From the IMG/VR virus record IMGVR_UViG_3300034072_000578, positions 32,001-96,000 of that record: 64,000 bases of DNA, one strand, 5' to 3'. Positions 1 through 9,960 of this stretch are shown here, one piece after another. Source of the stretch: a virus. The notes below the pieces were generated by a model that did no database searches, had not been told where the DNA came from, and saw only the letters and a list, made by a program, of their open reading frames with translations. Position numbers and translations under genes: made by a program. Every line of letters starts with the position of its first letter. The stretch's first letter is position 1.

Positions 1-37
1 TTTTCGGGATTGAAGCCGCCTGAGTATGCCATTGCCA

Positions 38-403
38 TTAGGTTTCGTCTCCAAATAAGTCTGCGGCTTTTTCGTAGTCGATCTGGTAATGGTCTAGCTG
101 CCCTAGCACGTTGTAACGTGGTTCTAGCTGCTTAACTCTGAAAACCTTACCATGAACGATAAACAAATCGCCCCAATCGGGTTTAACGCTAACGGGGACT
201 AGGAGTCTTCCGCTAGCATGGTATTCTTTAATGTTTCCTCTTGTAGCGCTTGAGTCCGCTCTTACAGTGCTATCTTCTTTTTTAGTATCGTAGCGGACTT
301 GCGCGAAAGGAATTTTCTCTTTATCGCCGTAGTTCTCTTCACCGTATTTGTTATAGCCGGGAAGCTTTCTACGGACGTAGCAGAAGTTGTTAGGTCTAAA
401 CAT
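38..403 (-). CDS. putative head-closure/head-tail joining protein
   Basis: Small beta-rich ORF downstream of capsid and adaptor genes. Start moved to MFRPNN, which abuts the upstream stop. Confidence 0.5.
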   Translation of the reverse strand: MFRPNNFCYVRRKLPGYNKYGEENYGDKEKIPFAQVRYDTKKEDSTVRADSSATRGNIKEYHASGRLLVPVSVKPDWGDLFIVHGKVFRVKQLEPRYNVLGQLDHYQIDYEKAADLFGDET

Positions 404-1197
404 TATGCCCTCGCTAGTCTCCAAATCTGTGCGTTGGTAGCGCTCCACCAAATCCAATCCTTAATGTGGGAATAAGCCTCATCGGACATGTTAGTTAGCT
501 TAGAGCCTCCAACGGCAGATTGACGGAAGAACATTGAGCTTTCGCCAATGGTTTCCGACACGATACCTGTTCTAATTTTCTCTCTAATCGGGCTGTTTTC
601 AACAAGCATATTAGCTTCTACAAGCTGTGCCTTCTTTACAGCCTCTTGAAAGGCTACAGGGAGCGTTTTGAACTGGTCTAGGGTGTAAGTGCTAATATCC
701 GTCCCTCGCTCCTGACAGCGGCCTACAGGGGCGAAATCGAACTTGCTTTTGATGATGCGTTCATAAGCATTCTCTAAAGCGACGGCTTTGATTTCGTCCG
801 TAAGCATATCGAAGAATTTAAGGTCTTCACTTAGCTTGGCTCTGATGATTACGCTTTCCGGGTAGGTCATAAAGCTATCTACCATCGGGGTTAGCTTAGT
901 AACGTCTCCGACAAGCTTATACAGAATGGTTTGCTTGTATGTTCCTTGGGCGGTTACTAGCTTTACGTTTAGCTGCCTTACGTCGATCTTCTGTGCGCTG
1001 CTGTTATACGTAGCTAATACAGTAATCATGGTAGAGCTTGCAGCAGGGTCAAAGCTAGGAGCCGTGGTAAAAGCAATTAGCTCTTCCCCGTATGCGTCTA
1101 ACACCTGATACTGTAGATCAGTAACGTCTAGATTGTTGCCATTGCTGACATGTGGGATCGTAATAAATACGTCCGTTCCTGCTGCGAACTCTTCCAT
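403..1197 (-). CDS. putative head-tail adaptor/virion protein
   Basis: Position after the major capsid gene; C-terminal 'VKKAQLVEA...IVSETIGESSMFF' resembles head-tail connector proteins. Confidence 0.5.
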   Translation of the reverse strand: MEEFAAGTDVFITIPHVSNGNNLDVTDLQYQVLDAYGEELIAFTTAPSFDPAASSTMITVLATYNSSAQKIDVRQLNVKLVTAQGTYKQTILYKLVGDVTKLTPMVDSFMTYPESVIIRAKLSEDLKFFDMLTDEIKAVALENAYERIIKSKFDFAPVGRCQERGTDISTYTLDQFKTLPVAFQEAVKKAQLVEANMLVENSPIREKIRTGIVSETIGESSMFFRQSAVGGSKLTNMSDEAYSHIKDWIWWSATNAQIWRLARA

Positions 1198-1198
1198 A

Positions 1199-1612
1199 TT
1201 ATGCCGCCTTCTTTTGGGCTTCCATGATATCCGCGATCATTGCATCAATGCTTACGCCTTTAACGCCAAATTCCGCTGCGATTTCACGAATGCCTTTAAT
1301 TCCCTTTTCTGATCCAATTTCGATCAGTTGTTCTTCTGTATACTTTAGTTCAGTAGCGTCTGTCGCTGGTTCGTCTGACTCTTTTTGTAGAGCAGTTTCA
1401 ACGACTGCTGATACATTACGAGCGTCAACCATAACAGTCGCAGGTCCAACTTGTTCATCATTGCCCACCTTAACGATCTTGATATTAGCCCCGATACGTC
1501 TAATTTCCATGTCGGTCGCCTCTCTTACAGAGACACCGCCCTCAAACTGTAGTGTGCCTAGGAAGCCATCAAATGCTTCATACCCAGCAACGTCGATTTT
1601 AATCTTGCTCAT
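1199..1612 (-). CDS. hypothetical virion-associated protein
   Basis: Probable start MSKIKID with a GAGG RBS; lies immediately downstream of the capsid gene. Confidence 0.5.
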   Translation of the reverse strand: MSKIKIDVAGYEAFDGFLGTLQFEGGVSVREATDMEIRRIGANIKIVKVGNDEQVGPATVMVDARNVSAVVETALQKESDEPATDATELKYTEEQLIEIGSEKGIKGIREIAAEFGVKGVSIDAMIADIMEAQKKAA

Positions 1613-1659
1613 TAGTAACCTCTTAAAATTTAATAAGCCATTATAGCGTATATTACAGA

Positions 1660-1696
1660 CAAACGAAAGGCCGCATAAAGCGGCCTGTTTCGTTTT
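1660..1696 (-). terminator. intrinsic terminator after major capsid gene
   Basis: Hairpin AGGCCGC-ataaa-GCGGCCT flanked by aaacgaaa/tttcgtttt. Confidence 0.65.
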
Positions 1697-1716
1697 ATTC
1701 AGTTTCGAACTATCTA

Positions 1717-2622
1717 TTAGATATTTGTGATACCCTTTAGACGAGCGATGCTCTTCGTTGACTTTAGAGCCATAGCGGTATACCACTTTAGTCTGTAACG
1801 AACGCTGTCGCGTAGCTCTAGGGTTCCTAGGCTTTCAACGCGAATACCCGCTGCATCACCACCGTATAGGCCGTGTAGACCGTCAACCGTGTTCATACGA
1901 GCCGCATAGATTGAGCAAGTGTTACCTGTGCTTGTTCCCTGATCTTCGTTACCCGGTAGGTATTCTGATAGGATGATTGGTAGACCGTCATAAGCTGGAA
2001 CTGTGCCATCGAAGTCACGTAGCTTTAGCTGTTCAGGAACCATACCACCTGATGTTCTCATTAGCGTCTTAAGAGCGCGATATGTGCCGTGGCGCATAAA
2101 GATAGCATCTGGACGGTTAGGAACTTGGTCGATTAGCTGGTCTAGCATTTCGAAGGTTAGAGCCGCACCGTTAGCGCCTGCTGTGATCGTCTGACCGGCA
2201 GTTACTAGCTTACGGAAGCCATCGAATTCTAGTGCGTTTGTTGCGCTATCACCTGTAACCATTGTCTGACGGAACTTCTGGTCAACTGCCTTAGCAGCAC
2301 CTTGAAGCTGTAGAGCGATCTGGCTGTTAGTGTCACCCATCGTTTCTGATAGGAACTTGTCGATATCGACGTTCTTAGCCATGATCTTTAGGGTCACGGT
2401 TACGTCTGTGAAAGTGCTTCCACCTTCTGAGATATCGCTGTTAACATCGATGAAATCGATAGTTGGGATGGTGTTCTCACGGTTGTATACGTAAGCCTTA
2501 TGGTTCACCTGCACGAAAGGTAGAAGCGCATAAATGGCGTCACGCTTAATAATTTCTTCTACAACGCCTTGGACTAGAAGGTTATTCGATAGTCTCTGGG
2601 CATCAACTTTTAAAAGTGGCAT
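1717..2622 (-). CDS. major capsid protein (HK97 fold)
   Basis: 301 aa downstream of scaffold and portal; 'EFDGFRKL', 'LDQLIDQV' and 'YRLKWY' are typical of this capsid class. Confidence 0.85.
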   Translation of the reverse strand: MPLLKVDAQRLSNNLLVQGVVEEIIKRDAIYALLPFVQVNHKAYVYNRENTIPTIDFIDVNSDISEGGSTFTDVTVTLKIMAKNVDIDKFLSETMGDTNSQIALQLQGAAKAVDQKFRQTMVTGDSATNALEFDGFRKLVTAGQTITAGANGAALTFEMLDQLIDQVPNRPDAIFMRHGTYRALKTLMRTSGGMVPEQLKLRDFDGTVPAYDGLPIILSEYLPGNEDQGTSTGNTCSIYAARMNTVDGLHGLYGGDAAGIRVESLGTLELRDSVRYRLKWYTAMALKSTKSIARLKGITNI

Positions 2623-2751
2623 GTTTAACTCCGTTTTCTTTAATTACGGAGATAATATTAACACTAGTATATGTATTAACAAAGCATTATTTAATTCTAC
2701 TTGTAATTTCTGTGCATCAATAGTAATATAGGCACAGAAAAGGACACAAGA

Positions 2752-3153
2752 ATGTATTCAACCGACGAAGAAAGAAAACAAGCCAGAAAAGATTCTTCTA
2801 AAAGATATAGAGAGAAGCAAAGATTACTAACTGGCAGAGCCAGCAATTGCAGATATGAAGTTCGCTTCTTATCCGCGATCAAAGGAAGAGCTATTAGAAA
2901 TGGGCTAGATTTTGACTTAACGTATGAAGACGTAATTTTCCCAGATTATTGCCCCGTCCTCGGAATAGCCATAGACTTTTCTAAACCCGGTCGTTCCGAT
3001 AACAGCCCTTCAATGGATCGCATTGATAATACTAAAGGGTATGTGAAAGGGAATGTTGAAATTATATCATGGCGAGCCAATAGAATTAAGAATGATGGCA
3101 CGGCGGAAGAGCATGTGAAAATAGCAGAATATATAAAAGGGCGCTTAATTTAA
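2752..3153 (+). CDS. HNH homing endonuclease
   Basis: 'CPVLG...SPSMDRIDNTKGYVKGNVEIISWRANRIK' motif; AT-rich and inverted within the head operon. Confidence 0.8.
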   Translation: MYSTDEERKQARKDSSKRYREKQRLLTGRASNCRYEVRFLSAIKGRAIRNGLDFDLTYEDVIFPDYCPVLGIAIDFSKPGRSDNSPSMDRIDNTKGYVKGNVEIISWRANRIKNDGTAEEHVKIAEYIKGRLI

Positions 3154-3163
3154 GCGCCCTTTA
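3136..3163. terminator. bidirectional hairpin between convergent HNH and scaffold genes
   Basis: AAAGGGCGCTTAA-t-TTAAGCGCCCTTT inverted repeat. Confidence 0.55.
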
Positions 3164-3185
3164 AGTTTGCCACTTTCGGAGTTAA

Positions 3186-4019
3186 TTACTTTTTATTGAT
3201 GCCTTTAATCAGCGCATCAAGACCAGCAGCGATCTTGTCGGTAGTATCTACGTAATCCTGCTGTTTTGCGGGCTTCTCTACACTGCTAGGCTTTGAACCT
3301 GCACCGCTCTTTGCTGGAGCTTTTAGTAGATAATCTTTATCCGGGTCAGCATTAATGATAGCTTCGATAGCGGCTTCGAACGAAACTGCTTCGCCTGTAG
3401 CGTCAACAATCATGGTTCTATCTGCTTCGCCCTTAGGCTTGTCATAAGCTACTTGCTTGCCATCTACGAATTCGAAGTGAGACTGATATAGAGCCTTGGC
3501 CTTGTTCGGAGTTAAAGTTAGCTTGTCAGTCACGAACTTCGAATTGGCAAATGAATTACCTACTGTTAAATCTTCGATCTGCTTTAGGAGCTTAGCCTTT
3601 TCAGCTTCTGCGTTGTCCGCACGTTCCTTTTCGGCATTTACCTTAGCGTCGGCAGCTTCACGTTGCTTAGTTAGAAGACGCTCATACTCGCCCTTCTTTT
3701 CAAGGGCCGCGTTTTCAGCAGTCTCCTTATCGGCAAGCATCTGGCGAACAGCTTCGATATCTAGGCCATCTACGGTAGTCTTTAGAGCAGCTAGGTCAGC
3801 AGCAGCTTTCTTAGCCGCTTCCTTATGCTTCATAACTTCCTTTAGGAGCTTAGCTTCGTTATCGCTAATTTTGGGTTTGGAATCTTTTTCTTTGTCGTCT
3901 GCACCGGAATTGTCATCAACGGTATCAGTCGTCGTATCCGTGGTATCATTGCCTTTTAAGCCTTCACGAATCTTCTCAGCGGTATCTTCCACTGTATCGG
4001 TTGTAGTTTCAGTAGTCAT
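3186..4019 (-). CDS. capsid scaffolding protein
   Basis: Acidic N-terminus and long coiled coil; lies between portal and capsid genes. Confidence 0.75.
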   Translation of the reverse strand: MTTETTTDTVEDTAEKIREGLKGNDTTDTTTDTVDDNSGADDKEKDSKPKISDNEAKLLKEVMKHKEAAKKAAADLAALKTTVDGLDIEAVRQMLADKETAENAALEKKGEYERLLTKQREAADAKVNAEKERADNAEAEKAKLLKQIEDLTVGNSFANSKFVTDKLTLTPNKAKALYQSHFEFVDGKQVAYDKPKGEADRTMIVDATGEAVSFEAAIEAIINADPDKDYLLKAPAKSGAGSKPSSVEKPAKQQDYVDTTDKIAAGLDALIKGINKK

Positions 4020-4053
4020 TCATTTACCTTTCTCTTGGTATCACTTGGTCCTA

Positions 4054-5628
4054 TCACTTGGACTTGTCTGCGGGTTTATTATTCTGGCCCTGCGATCCAG
4101 TTTTCGATCCGGTTGCGCTAGCAGTAGGCTTAGGAGCTAGTTTCGCTTTAGCTTCCTCTTCCTGCTTTTGTAGCCATTCCTTTTCGATGTCCTTATACAT
4201 AGCGTCGCGAGCTTTCTTAGAGATTTGTGGCCATAGTTTGTCCACTAATCCTTTCATCTGTTCTTGACGGACTGTATTAGGAGCCTTTATTGTAGTCAAA
4301 ACTGTAGCAATGTCAAATTCATTTCCTAGATTTCTTACGTCAAAGTCTTTTGAGTAAGTAACATAAGCTTCTAGTTCGTCTGATGAAATGGCTACTCCAT
4401 TCCATGCTTTAACAATAGCTACGATTCTATTTTCGCAATACTGTAGGGCTTTAGCCTTGTTAGCTAGCATGGCGTTCATACGCTCAAAGTCGTAAGCTTT
4501 CGCTACGCCTGATGAGTTGTCGATACCTACAGCGTTATCTTGCTTGGTGCGTTCTCCAGCCATACCAACCGAGTGGTAGATTTCGCCGATGATCTTGTTA
4601 ACGACGTTAAGGATCATTTCAGGCTGGCTTGGGTCAGGGCTGATGTAGTCTGGCTTATTACCACCTTCACCGCCATGATATAGGAAGATACGCTTTGTGC
4701 CGAATTCAAGCATCTTCTGGCCAATGCCTTTACCGTCATCATCTGCGAAGGCGACGGCTTCCGCTGGGATAACTAGCTGGCTGAAAGACTGATCTTGGAT
4801 AATCGCGTCTAGGTTCGATAGATAGTTGGCCGCTTTACGGTCTAGGTAAGCGATATCCGCGATTAGAGCCGTTGAAGTGTATGGGTTTTCGGTTTCGTTG
4901 TGGTCTAGATAGGTTACAGGAACGATACCTAAGCCGTGTGTCCCTTCATCTTCTAGGCCCCATTTAGCTTGGGCGTATTCGCTAGGAGTATCGCCATTGC
5001 TTTCAGAAGTGAATAGATACCACTTGTCGCGGGTCCATAGACGAATCTTCTCTACGATCTTGCCGGTATATTCGAACGGATCGCTATCATCACGAACGAT
5101 TTCCCTGATCTTAATCCAGTTAAGTTCGCCGTCATCGTTTAGAGATAAGTCCAGAACGTCTAGCGGGCTTACCGTGTAGGCGTAGACACGCTTCTTGTTC
5201 TTTTTAGCTTCCGCAACAGAAAGGTTGTCGGTTGCGTTGCTGTCTACGACAATCCAGACGCGACCAAAGATTGAAGCTTGGGCCGACGCCATTGTCATGA
5301 AGTGGTCGATATCACGCTTCTGTAGCGTGGTAGCGTTCCAAAAGTCCCTCACATACTGTTCGGCGTCTTCCTTACGTGCGACATCGGCCTTGAAAATATA
5401 CTTATTAACAAGGTCCACGACTTCGCGGGTATGATTGAAGCGGTAGGCACGGTCTAGACGTTCGTTGAACTCTTCGTGGCCTTCCTTAAAATACTTATCG
5501 ATGTTGTCAGCAAACCAGTGTTTACCGCCTTCATAGGTGTCCTTAAAGAACTTCCATTCGGCGGCATACTTATCGTAATCTGGGTGCTTCTTCTCAATAA
5601 AGGGGTTGATACTAGTTAAATCTACCAT
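4054..5628 (-). CDS. portal protein
   Basis: 524 aa directly after TerL; 'HGLGIVPV' and 'SGVAKAYDF' are SPP1-like portal motifs. Confidence 0.85.
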   Translation of the reverse strand: MVDLTSINPFIEKKHPDYDKYAAEWKFFKDTYEGGKHWFADNIDKYFKEGHEEFNERLDRAYRFNHTREVVDLVNKYIFKADVARKEDAEQYVRDFWNATTLQKRDIDHFMTMASAQASIFGRVWIVVDSNATDNLSVAEAKKNKKRVYAYTVSPLDVLDLSLNDDGELNWIKIREIVRDDSDPFEYTGKIVEKIRLWTRDKWYLFTSESNGDTPSEYAQAKWGLEDEGTHGLGIVPVTYLDHNETENPYTSTALIADIAYLDRKAANYLSNLDAIIQDQSFSQLVIPAEAVAFADDDGKGIGQKMLEFGTKRIFLYHGGEGGNKPDYISPDPSQPEMILNVVNKIIGEIYHSVGMAGERTKQDNAVGIDNSSGVAKAYDFERMNAMLANKAKALQYCENRIVAIVKAWNGVAISSDELEAYVTYSKDFDVRNLGNEFDIATVLTTIKAPNTVRQEQMKGLVDKLWPQISKKARDAMYKDIEKEWLQKQEEEAKAKLAPKPTASATGSKTGSQGQNNKPADKSK

Positions 5629-5644
5629 GTTTCTCTCTTAAATA

Positions 5645-6904
5645 TTATCTGCTAATACCATAATATTGTTTCTTTTGCACGGGGAATCTGAAATCAATTA
5701 CGTATCCTAGGGCGTCGGTCATGTGTTCCGTGCCTAGTTTCTTGTTAACTTCTCTAGTTCCCTCTTTATAGATTGTCTGCTCAAGCGAACGAATTAGCTG
5801 GCTGCAATTATTACTTACGAAAAGTCTAGACTCTCCGCTGGCTGTTAGGAACATTCTGTTAACAGCGTTAATACGATCTGCTACTAGAGGATGCTTGCGC
5901 TTGTAGAAAAGCTTTCTAAAGCCCATCTGTCTTAGGATATCTAAGTCTGACTCGCCTCTAGTATGGCCTCTGGCAGCACCGGCAGGGTCAGGATAGATTT
6001 CCACCGCTCGTTTGTGTCTAAAGAACTTCTGTTCGATGACTTCTGAAAGTTCATGGGTGGAAGCGTTACGTAAGTGGATTTCGTCTACGATCCATATTTC
6101 CCCATTAGGTTGCGGTTGTAGGACCACCGATGACATAGGATCGATGTTGAAGTCCTGCCCGATCCAGATAGGAAGGCTGGGGTTAAACGGAAGGAACCTG
6201 CTAGCGTGTAGCTTACGGTCGAAAGCGTAGTAGACTTTACCCTGCATGGTTTCGAAGGAAGCCATGAATTCCTGATTAAACGACTTAGGGTCAAGGTTAC
6301 GTCTAGCAGCCTCGATTTCGTCTTCCGGGATAAAGGGATTGTCGGCGGTTACGAACTGCCATGATTTCCAGCCATGCTTCTTCCAAGCCGGATCAAAGCC
6401 GCGCATATAAAGGTCATAGAGTAGGTTGTAGCTCTTAGGGGTTCCAGCTACCACAACTCGGCCTCTACGGTCGGTTAGGGTAGGATATAGAACCTTGCTA
6501 AAGATTTCATCGCTGTTGAAGTCCTGATACTCATCCATGCAAAGAAGGTCTAGCGATGAACCGCGTAGACCGTCTGGCTTATCGACACCGAAAAGCGAAA
6601 TCTTAGAGCCGTTCTTAAGCTCCATGATTAGTTCTACTTCTGATGTTTTCTTAATGAATGATTTGGGGACAGCTTCTTTAAGCTCCGACCACATTAGACG
6701 CTTAGCCTGCTTGTATGTAGGAGCTACATACCAGATTACAGACTTGGGCTTAGCGAAAGCCTCTTTGATGATTTCCGCTTTAAGAGCCTGTGTCTTACCG
6801 AAACGTCTACCACAAACCATGACCTTAAAACGAGCTTTGTCGTTAAAGACCTTGGCTTGGGCGGAATGTAACCTTAGATTGAATAAGGGGGTAGGGACTA
6901 CCAT
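5645..6904 (-). CDS. terL: terminase large subunit
   Basis: Walker A 'GRRFGKT', Walker B 'LLCMDE', coupling motif 'GTP', RNase H-like 'GQDFN...HMTDALGY'. Confidence 0.95.
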   Translation of the reverse strand: MVVPTPLFNLRLHSAQAKVFNDKARFKVMVCGRRFGKTQALKAEIIKEAFAKPKSVIWYVAPTYKQAKRLMWSELKEAVPKSFIKKTSEVELIMELKNGSKISLFGVDKPDGLRGSSLDLLCMDEYQDFNSDEIFSKVLYPTLTDRRGRVVVAGTPKSYNLLYDLYMRGFDPAWKKHGWKSWQFVTADNPFIPEDEIEAARRNLDPKSFNQEFMASFETMQGKVYYAFDRKLHASRFLPFNPSLPIWIGQDFNIDPMSSVVLQPQPNGEIWIVDEIHLRNASTHELSEVIEQKFFRHKRAVEIYPDPAGAARGHTRGESDLDILRQMGFRKLFYKRKHPLVADRINAVNRMFLTASGESRLFVSNNCSQLIRSLEQTIYKEGTREVNKKLGTEHMTDALGYVIDFRFPVQKKQYYGISR

Positions 6905-7527
6905 TATTCCCCCTCTTCGTCTTCTAAACCTTCCATAATGAGGTTGTCGGTTTCGTCTTCCTCATCATCAACACCACCGGAAGTTTCCGCTGAAATTCTC
7001 TGTGCTTCTCTTAAAGCCAAAATATCTGCCTCAGAATATACACCGATGTTGAAGTTTAGGTTTTCATCTGGCTTATTATCCGGGTTATATAGATCGTAAA
7101 GGTGATACATATCATTACGAATAGTCTTGTAGACCTTCGTAGCCGCGATAATAGTTTCTACTTCTTGCCTTACTGTAGCGAGTTTCTTGCCTTCCTTTTT
7201 CGCCTCCATGATCTGATTCATGGTGGAAGTCATTAGGAAGTCGCCGTAGCGTAGGAATCTTTTCTTGAAGTTGTAGATTTCTTCGACCATCTTGGCGGCT
7301 TCTTCATCTGCTTTAGCCGCAACTTCTTTGGCGATGTGATGAGCTTTAGCGCCGCGTTTAATACCGCGACGCTTTAACCCTTGTGAAAGGGCAGCTTCTG
7401 AAATCTTAAACTTTTCGGACAGTTCTTTAAGGGTGGTTTCGCCACGCTCCCATAGGGCGCTAATGACGATCCACTCCGATTCCTTAAGTCTCTTAGTAGG
7501 TTCTGTTGTTAATTTTTCTTCACTCAT
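6904..7527 (-). CDS. terS: terminase small subunit (putative)
   Basis: N-terminal HTH; directly upstream of and overlapping terL. Confidence 0.7.
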   Translation of the reverse strand: MSEEKLTTEPTKRLKESEWIVISALWERGETTLKELSEKFKISEAALSQGLKRRGIKRGAKAHHIAKEVAAKADEEAAKMVEEIYNFKKRFLRYGDFLMTSTMNQIMEAKKEGKKLATVRQEVETIIAATKVYKTIRNDMYHLYDLYNPDNKPDENLNFNIGVYSEADILALREAQRISAETSGGVDDEEDETDNLIMEGLEDEEGE

Positions 7528-7566
7528 AATAAACGATTATATATCATTAATTAACGATAGTAAAGT

Positions 7567-9345
7567 TTATACTGACTGTCTGGTATACCACTCTGTAGCA
7601 CTGTCTGCATAAAGCATATTAGCATCACGATAAGCAGCGATATAAGCTACCAATTGCTTAAAGTCATTTTCATACCAGTAAAGGGTATCGGCAGGAGGGG
7701 TTGTCCCTGTCCCGCCTGCGGCTATACCGTGACAGAATAAGAAAATGGTTACGCCATTATAAACAGCAGCATCGACCAAAGCCTTGGCTTGTGCGAGCGT
7801 CTTACCACCGATGTTTACAGCGCCATGACCTAATAGCTTTGGACCAGCGTTGTATTCGTTATTGTGTATCCACCAGCCCCAACCCGATCTAGCCATCTTA
7901 ACGCCCTTAGAAGCTAGCATAGCGTCTGTAGAAGCGTCATTAGACGATAGAGGGTATGAGAATAGGTCAATGCCTCTGGTGAAGCCCTGTGCGGTGAAAA
8001 TGGCTTTGGCGGTGTCATAGTCCGTTCCTAGTTGGGTAGCTCCTACCGCAACATAGTCTGGATGGTTCATGCCTTGGCTGATGGCGTCCCAACCTGCGTT
8101 ATATACTTTTCTCAGAAGGGCGTTAGCATTCGTCGCACCATCGATAAGATTGCCATCACCAGCCCAATAAGCTTTGATACCGGCGTCTCTAAGGATTGGG
8201 TATGCAAGGTTTGGAATCGACTCTTCGCCAAACTTGTCGAAACCAATAACTACAGAACCTCTTGTAGGGATTTCCTTATGGTAGAAGACCGTATCTAGGT
8301 AAACCTCATTAGCAACGTTGTTACCAGTGCTTAAGCTGATTTGAACGCTGTTAATCGTTTCGTCTAGAGTTTGACCACCTGTAACCACCCAAGCCGAACC
8401 ATTAGGCTCTGTAGCTCCGGTCCCGTTAGGGCGAACAGTTAGTAGGTTCCATCCCTGATGAAGTTGACCGGGATAGGCCCATGAGAATTCCGTTCTTTTG
8501 GCTGCGAAATTATCGCTTGAGAAGCGAATTGAGATTGAACCGGCTGTAGCGGTCCAATAGACCCAAAATCCGACCACTGAGACTTCTGAAAGCTTGAAAG
8601 CACTGGTAGCATAGCGAGAGCCAGCAAAAGTGCCTGTAGCAGGCTTAGAGAGGCTTAAACCAGATGTTTTACCGCTAGGGGCTGCAACCGGATAAGCTTT
8701 GATCGTATTTGTCATGTTTGAGGCTACAGTCCAGCCTGTTAGAGCCGCTGTATTTGCAATGACAGTAGGGGTTTTAGCTTGTGGGAATTTACCAGTGTAA
8801 GGAGTTCCATGGCTGGCAACCGTAACTGATCCGCTAGAGTTAGTAGCTGTTACATTGCAGCGGATAATCTTACCAGCATCAATTCTCTTAAAAGTATAAG
8901 AGGCACTGGTAGCTCCGGTAATATTAATACCTTCGGAAGTCCATTGGTAAGAGTAAGTTGGAGCAGGAAAACCAGTCCAAGTTCCATTAGAAACAGTGAT
9001 TGTTCCACCGATCTTAAAGCTACCAGAAAGAGTTGGCCTAGCTGTATTAACCGGAAGCTTATTTGCTTCTGCTACTGTAATGGAAAAGGTAGTTTCTTTT
9101 CTGTATCCGTAAGCTGATTCAAATTCATACTCTACTAAAACAACCTTAACTACTCCGGGAACCAGATTAGTTCCTGTTAAAGTGTTTCCATTAAGAGTAA
9201 ATGAACCAGAACTAAAACTAACTAAAGCTAATTCAGTATTAGTAGTTCTATTCTGAACTGTTACGGTTAAGTTACTATTCTCTGTTCCACTTAGAGAAGA
9301 AAGAGTGATAGTGTTAAAATTAGGTTTTGAATATAGGAACGACAT
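7567..9345 (-). CDS. Ig-like domain plus NodB/polysaccharide deacetylase-like protein
   Basis: Ig-like repeat 'PVNTARPTLSG...GTWTG..PTYSYQW...IRCNVTATNSSG'; C-terminal 'IGFD...GWDAISQGMNH...FSYP...LFCHG' CE4-like fold. Confidence 0.6.
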   Translation of the reverse strand: MSFLYSKPNFNTITLSSLSGTENSNLTVTVQNRTTNTELALVSFSSGSFTLNGNTLTGTNLVPGVVKVVLVEYEFESAYGYRKETTFSITVAEANKLPVNTARPTLSGSFKIGGTITVSNGTWTGFPAPTYSYQWTSEGINITGATSASYTFKRIDAGKIIRCNVTATNSSGSVTVASHGTPYTGKFPQAKTPTVIANTAALTGWTVASNMTNTIKAYPVAAPSGKTSGLSLSKPATGTFAGSRYATSAFKLSEVSVVGFWVYWTATAGSISIRFSSDNFAAKRTEFSWAYPGQLHQGWNLLTVRPNGTGATEPNGSAWVVTGGQTLDETINSVQISLSTGNNVANEVYLDTVFYHKEIPTRGSVVIGFDKFGEESIPNLAYPILRDAGIKAYWAGDGNLIDGATNANALLRKVYNAGWDAISQGMNHPDYVAVGATQLGTDYDTAKAIFTAQGFTRGIDLFSYPLSSNDASTDAMLASKGVKMARSGWGWWIHNNEYNAGPKLLGHGAVNIGGKTLAQAKALVDAAVYNGVTIFLFCHGIAAGGTGTTPPADTLYWYENDFKQLVAYIAAYRDANMLYADSATEWYTRQSV

Positions 9346-9548
9346 TTATATCCCCTCTAGTAGATAATCAGAGGGAATATAACACGATAGAGAAAAAATA
9401 TAAAATTTAAATATATTTATTTTTAATAAGGGGGAGTGAGACTCCCTTATAACCGAAAAGTCACACCTGTCAAGCTAAATGTGAAAAGTGGCGGAAATCC
9501 TAGGTTTTTTCGTTCACTTTTTTCTTGACAGGTTTATAACCTATTTGG

Positions 9549-9803
9549 TTAGACGTAATCTAAAGCCTTTGTAGTGACCATAAATACCCTTACTTTCTTC
9601 CCCTCTCTCTCAACCATATCACGGCGTTCTACAAACCCATTTTCTACTAGAATTTTAATAGAGTGTAACATAGCGTCTCTCTTACATTCATAGCTTATAT
9701 GATTTAGGATATCATAAACTGATACCGGAGACTTATCAGGGTTTCCTTTTTTGATAACAGATAGAATTTCAATCTGCTTAGCTGTAAATCTAATTTCTTT
9801 CAT
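9549..9803 (-). CDS. winged-helix DNA-binding protein
   Basis: 84 aa, wHTH-like 'SIKILVENGFVER'. Confidence 0.55.
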   Translation of the reverse strand: MKEIRFTAKQIEILSVIKKGNPDKSPVSVYDILNHISYECKRDAMLHSIKILVENGFVERRDMVEREGKKVRVFMVTTKALDYV

Positions 9804-9958
9804 TAATATCGCCCTCCAAAATGAGCATCAACCTCTTCCATATCTTCCGGTTCAAATTCTTCTCCTAAACCGCAATCGAAACAGGTTATTTCACAGAATC
9901 TATGTTTACATTCTGCACAGTCTTCAAATTTATCTGATTCAAAAAACTCTTCGTCCAT
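9803..9958 (-). CDS. small acidic Cys-rich (zinc-binding) protein, not in the ORF track
   Basis: 51-aa ORF MDEEFFESDKFEDCAECKHRFCEITCFDCGLGEEF..., coupled to its neighbours. Confidence 0.55.
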   Translation of the reverse strand: MDEEFFESDKFEDCAECKHRFCEITCFDCGLGEEFEPEDMEEVDAHFGGRY

Positions 9959-9960
9959 GA

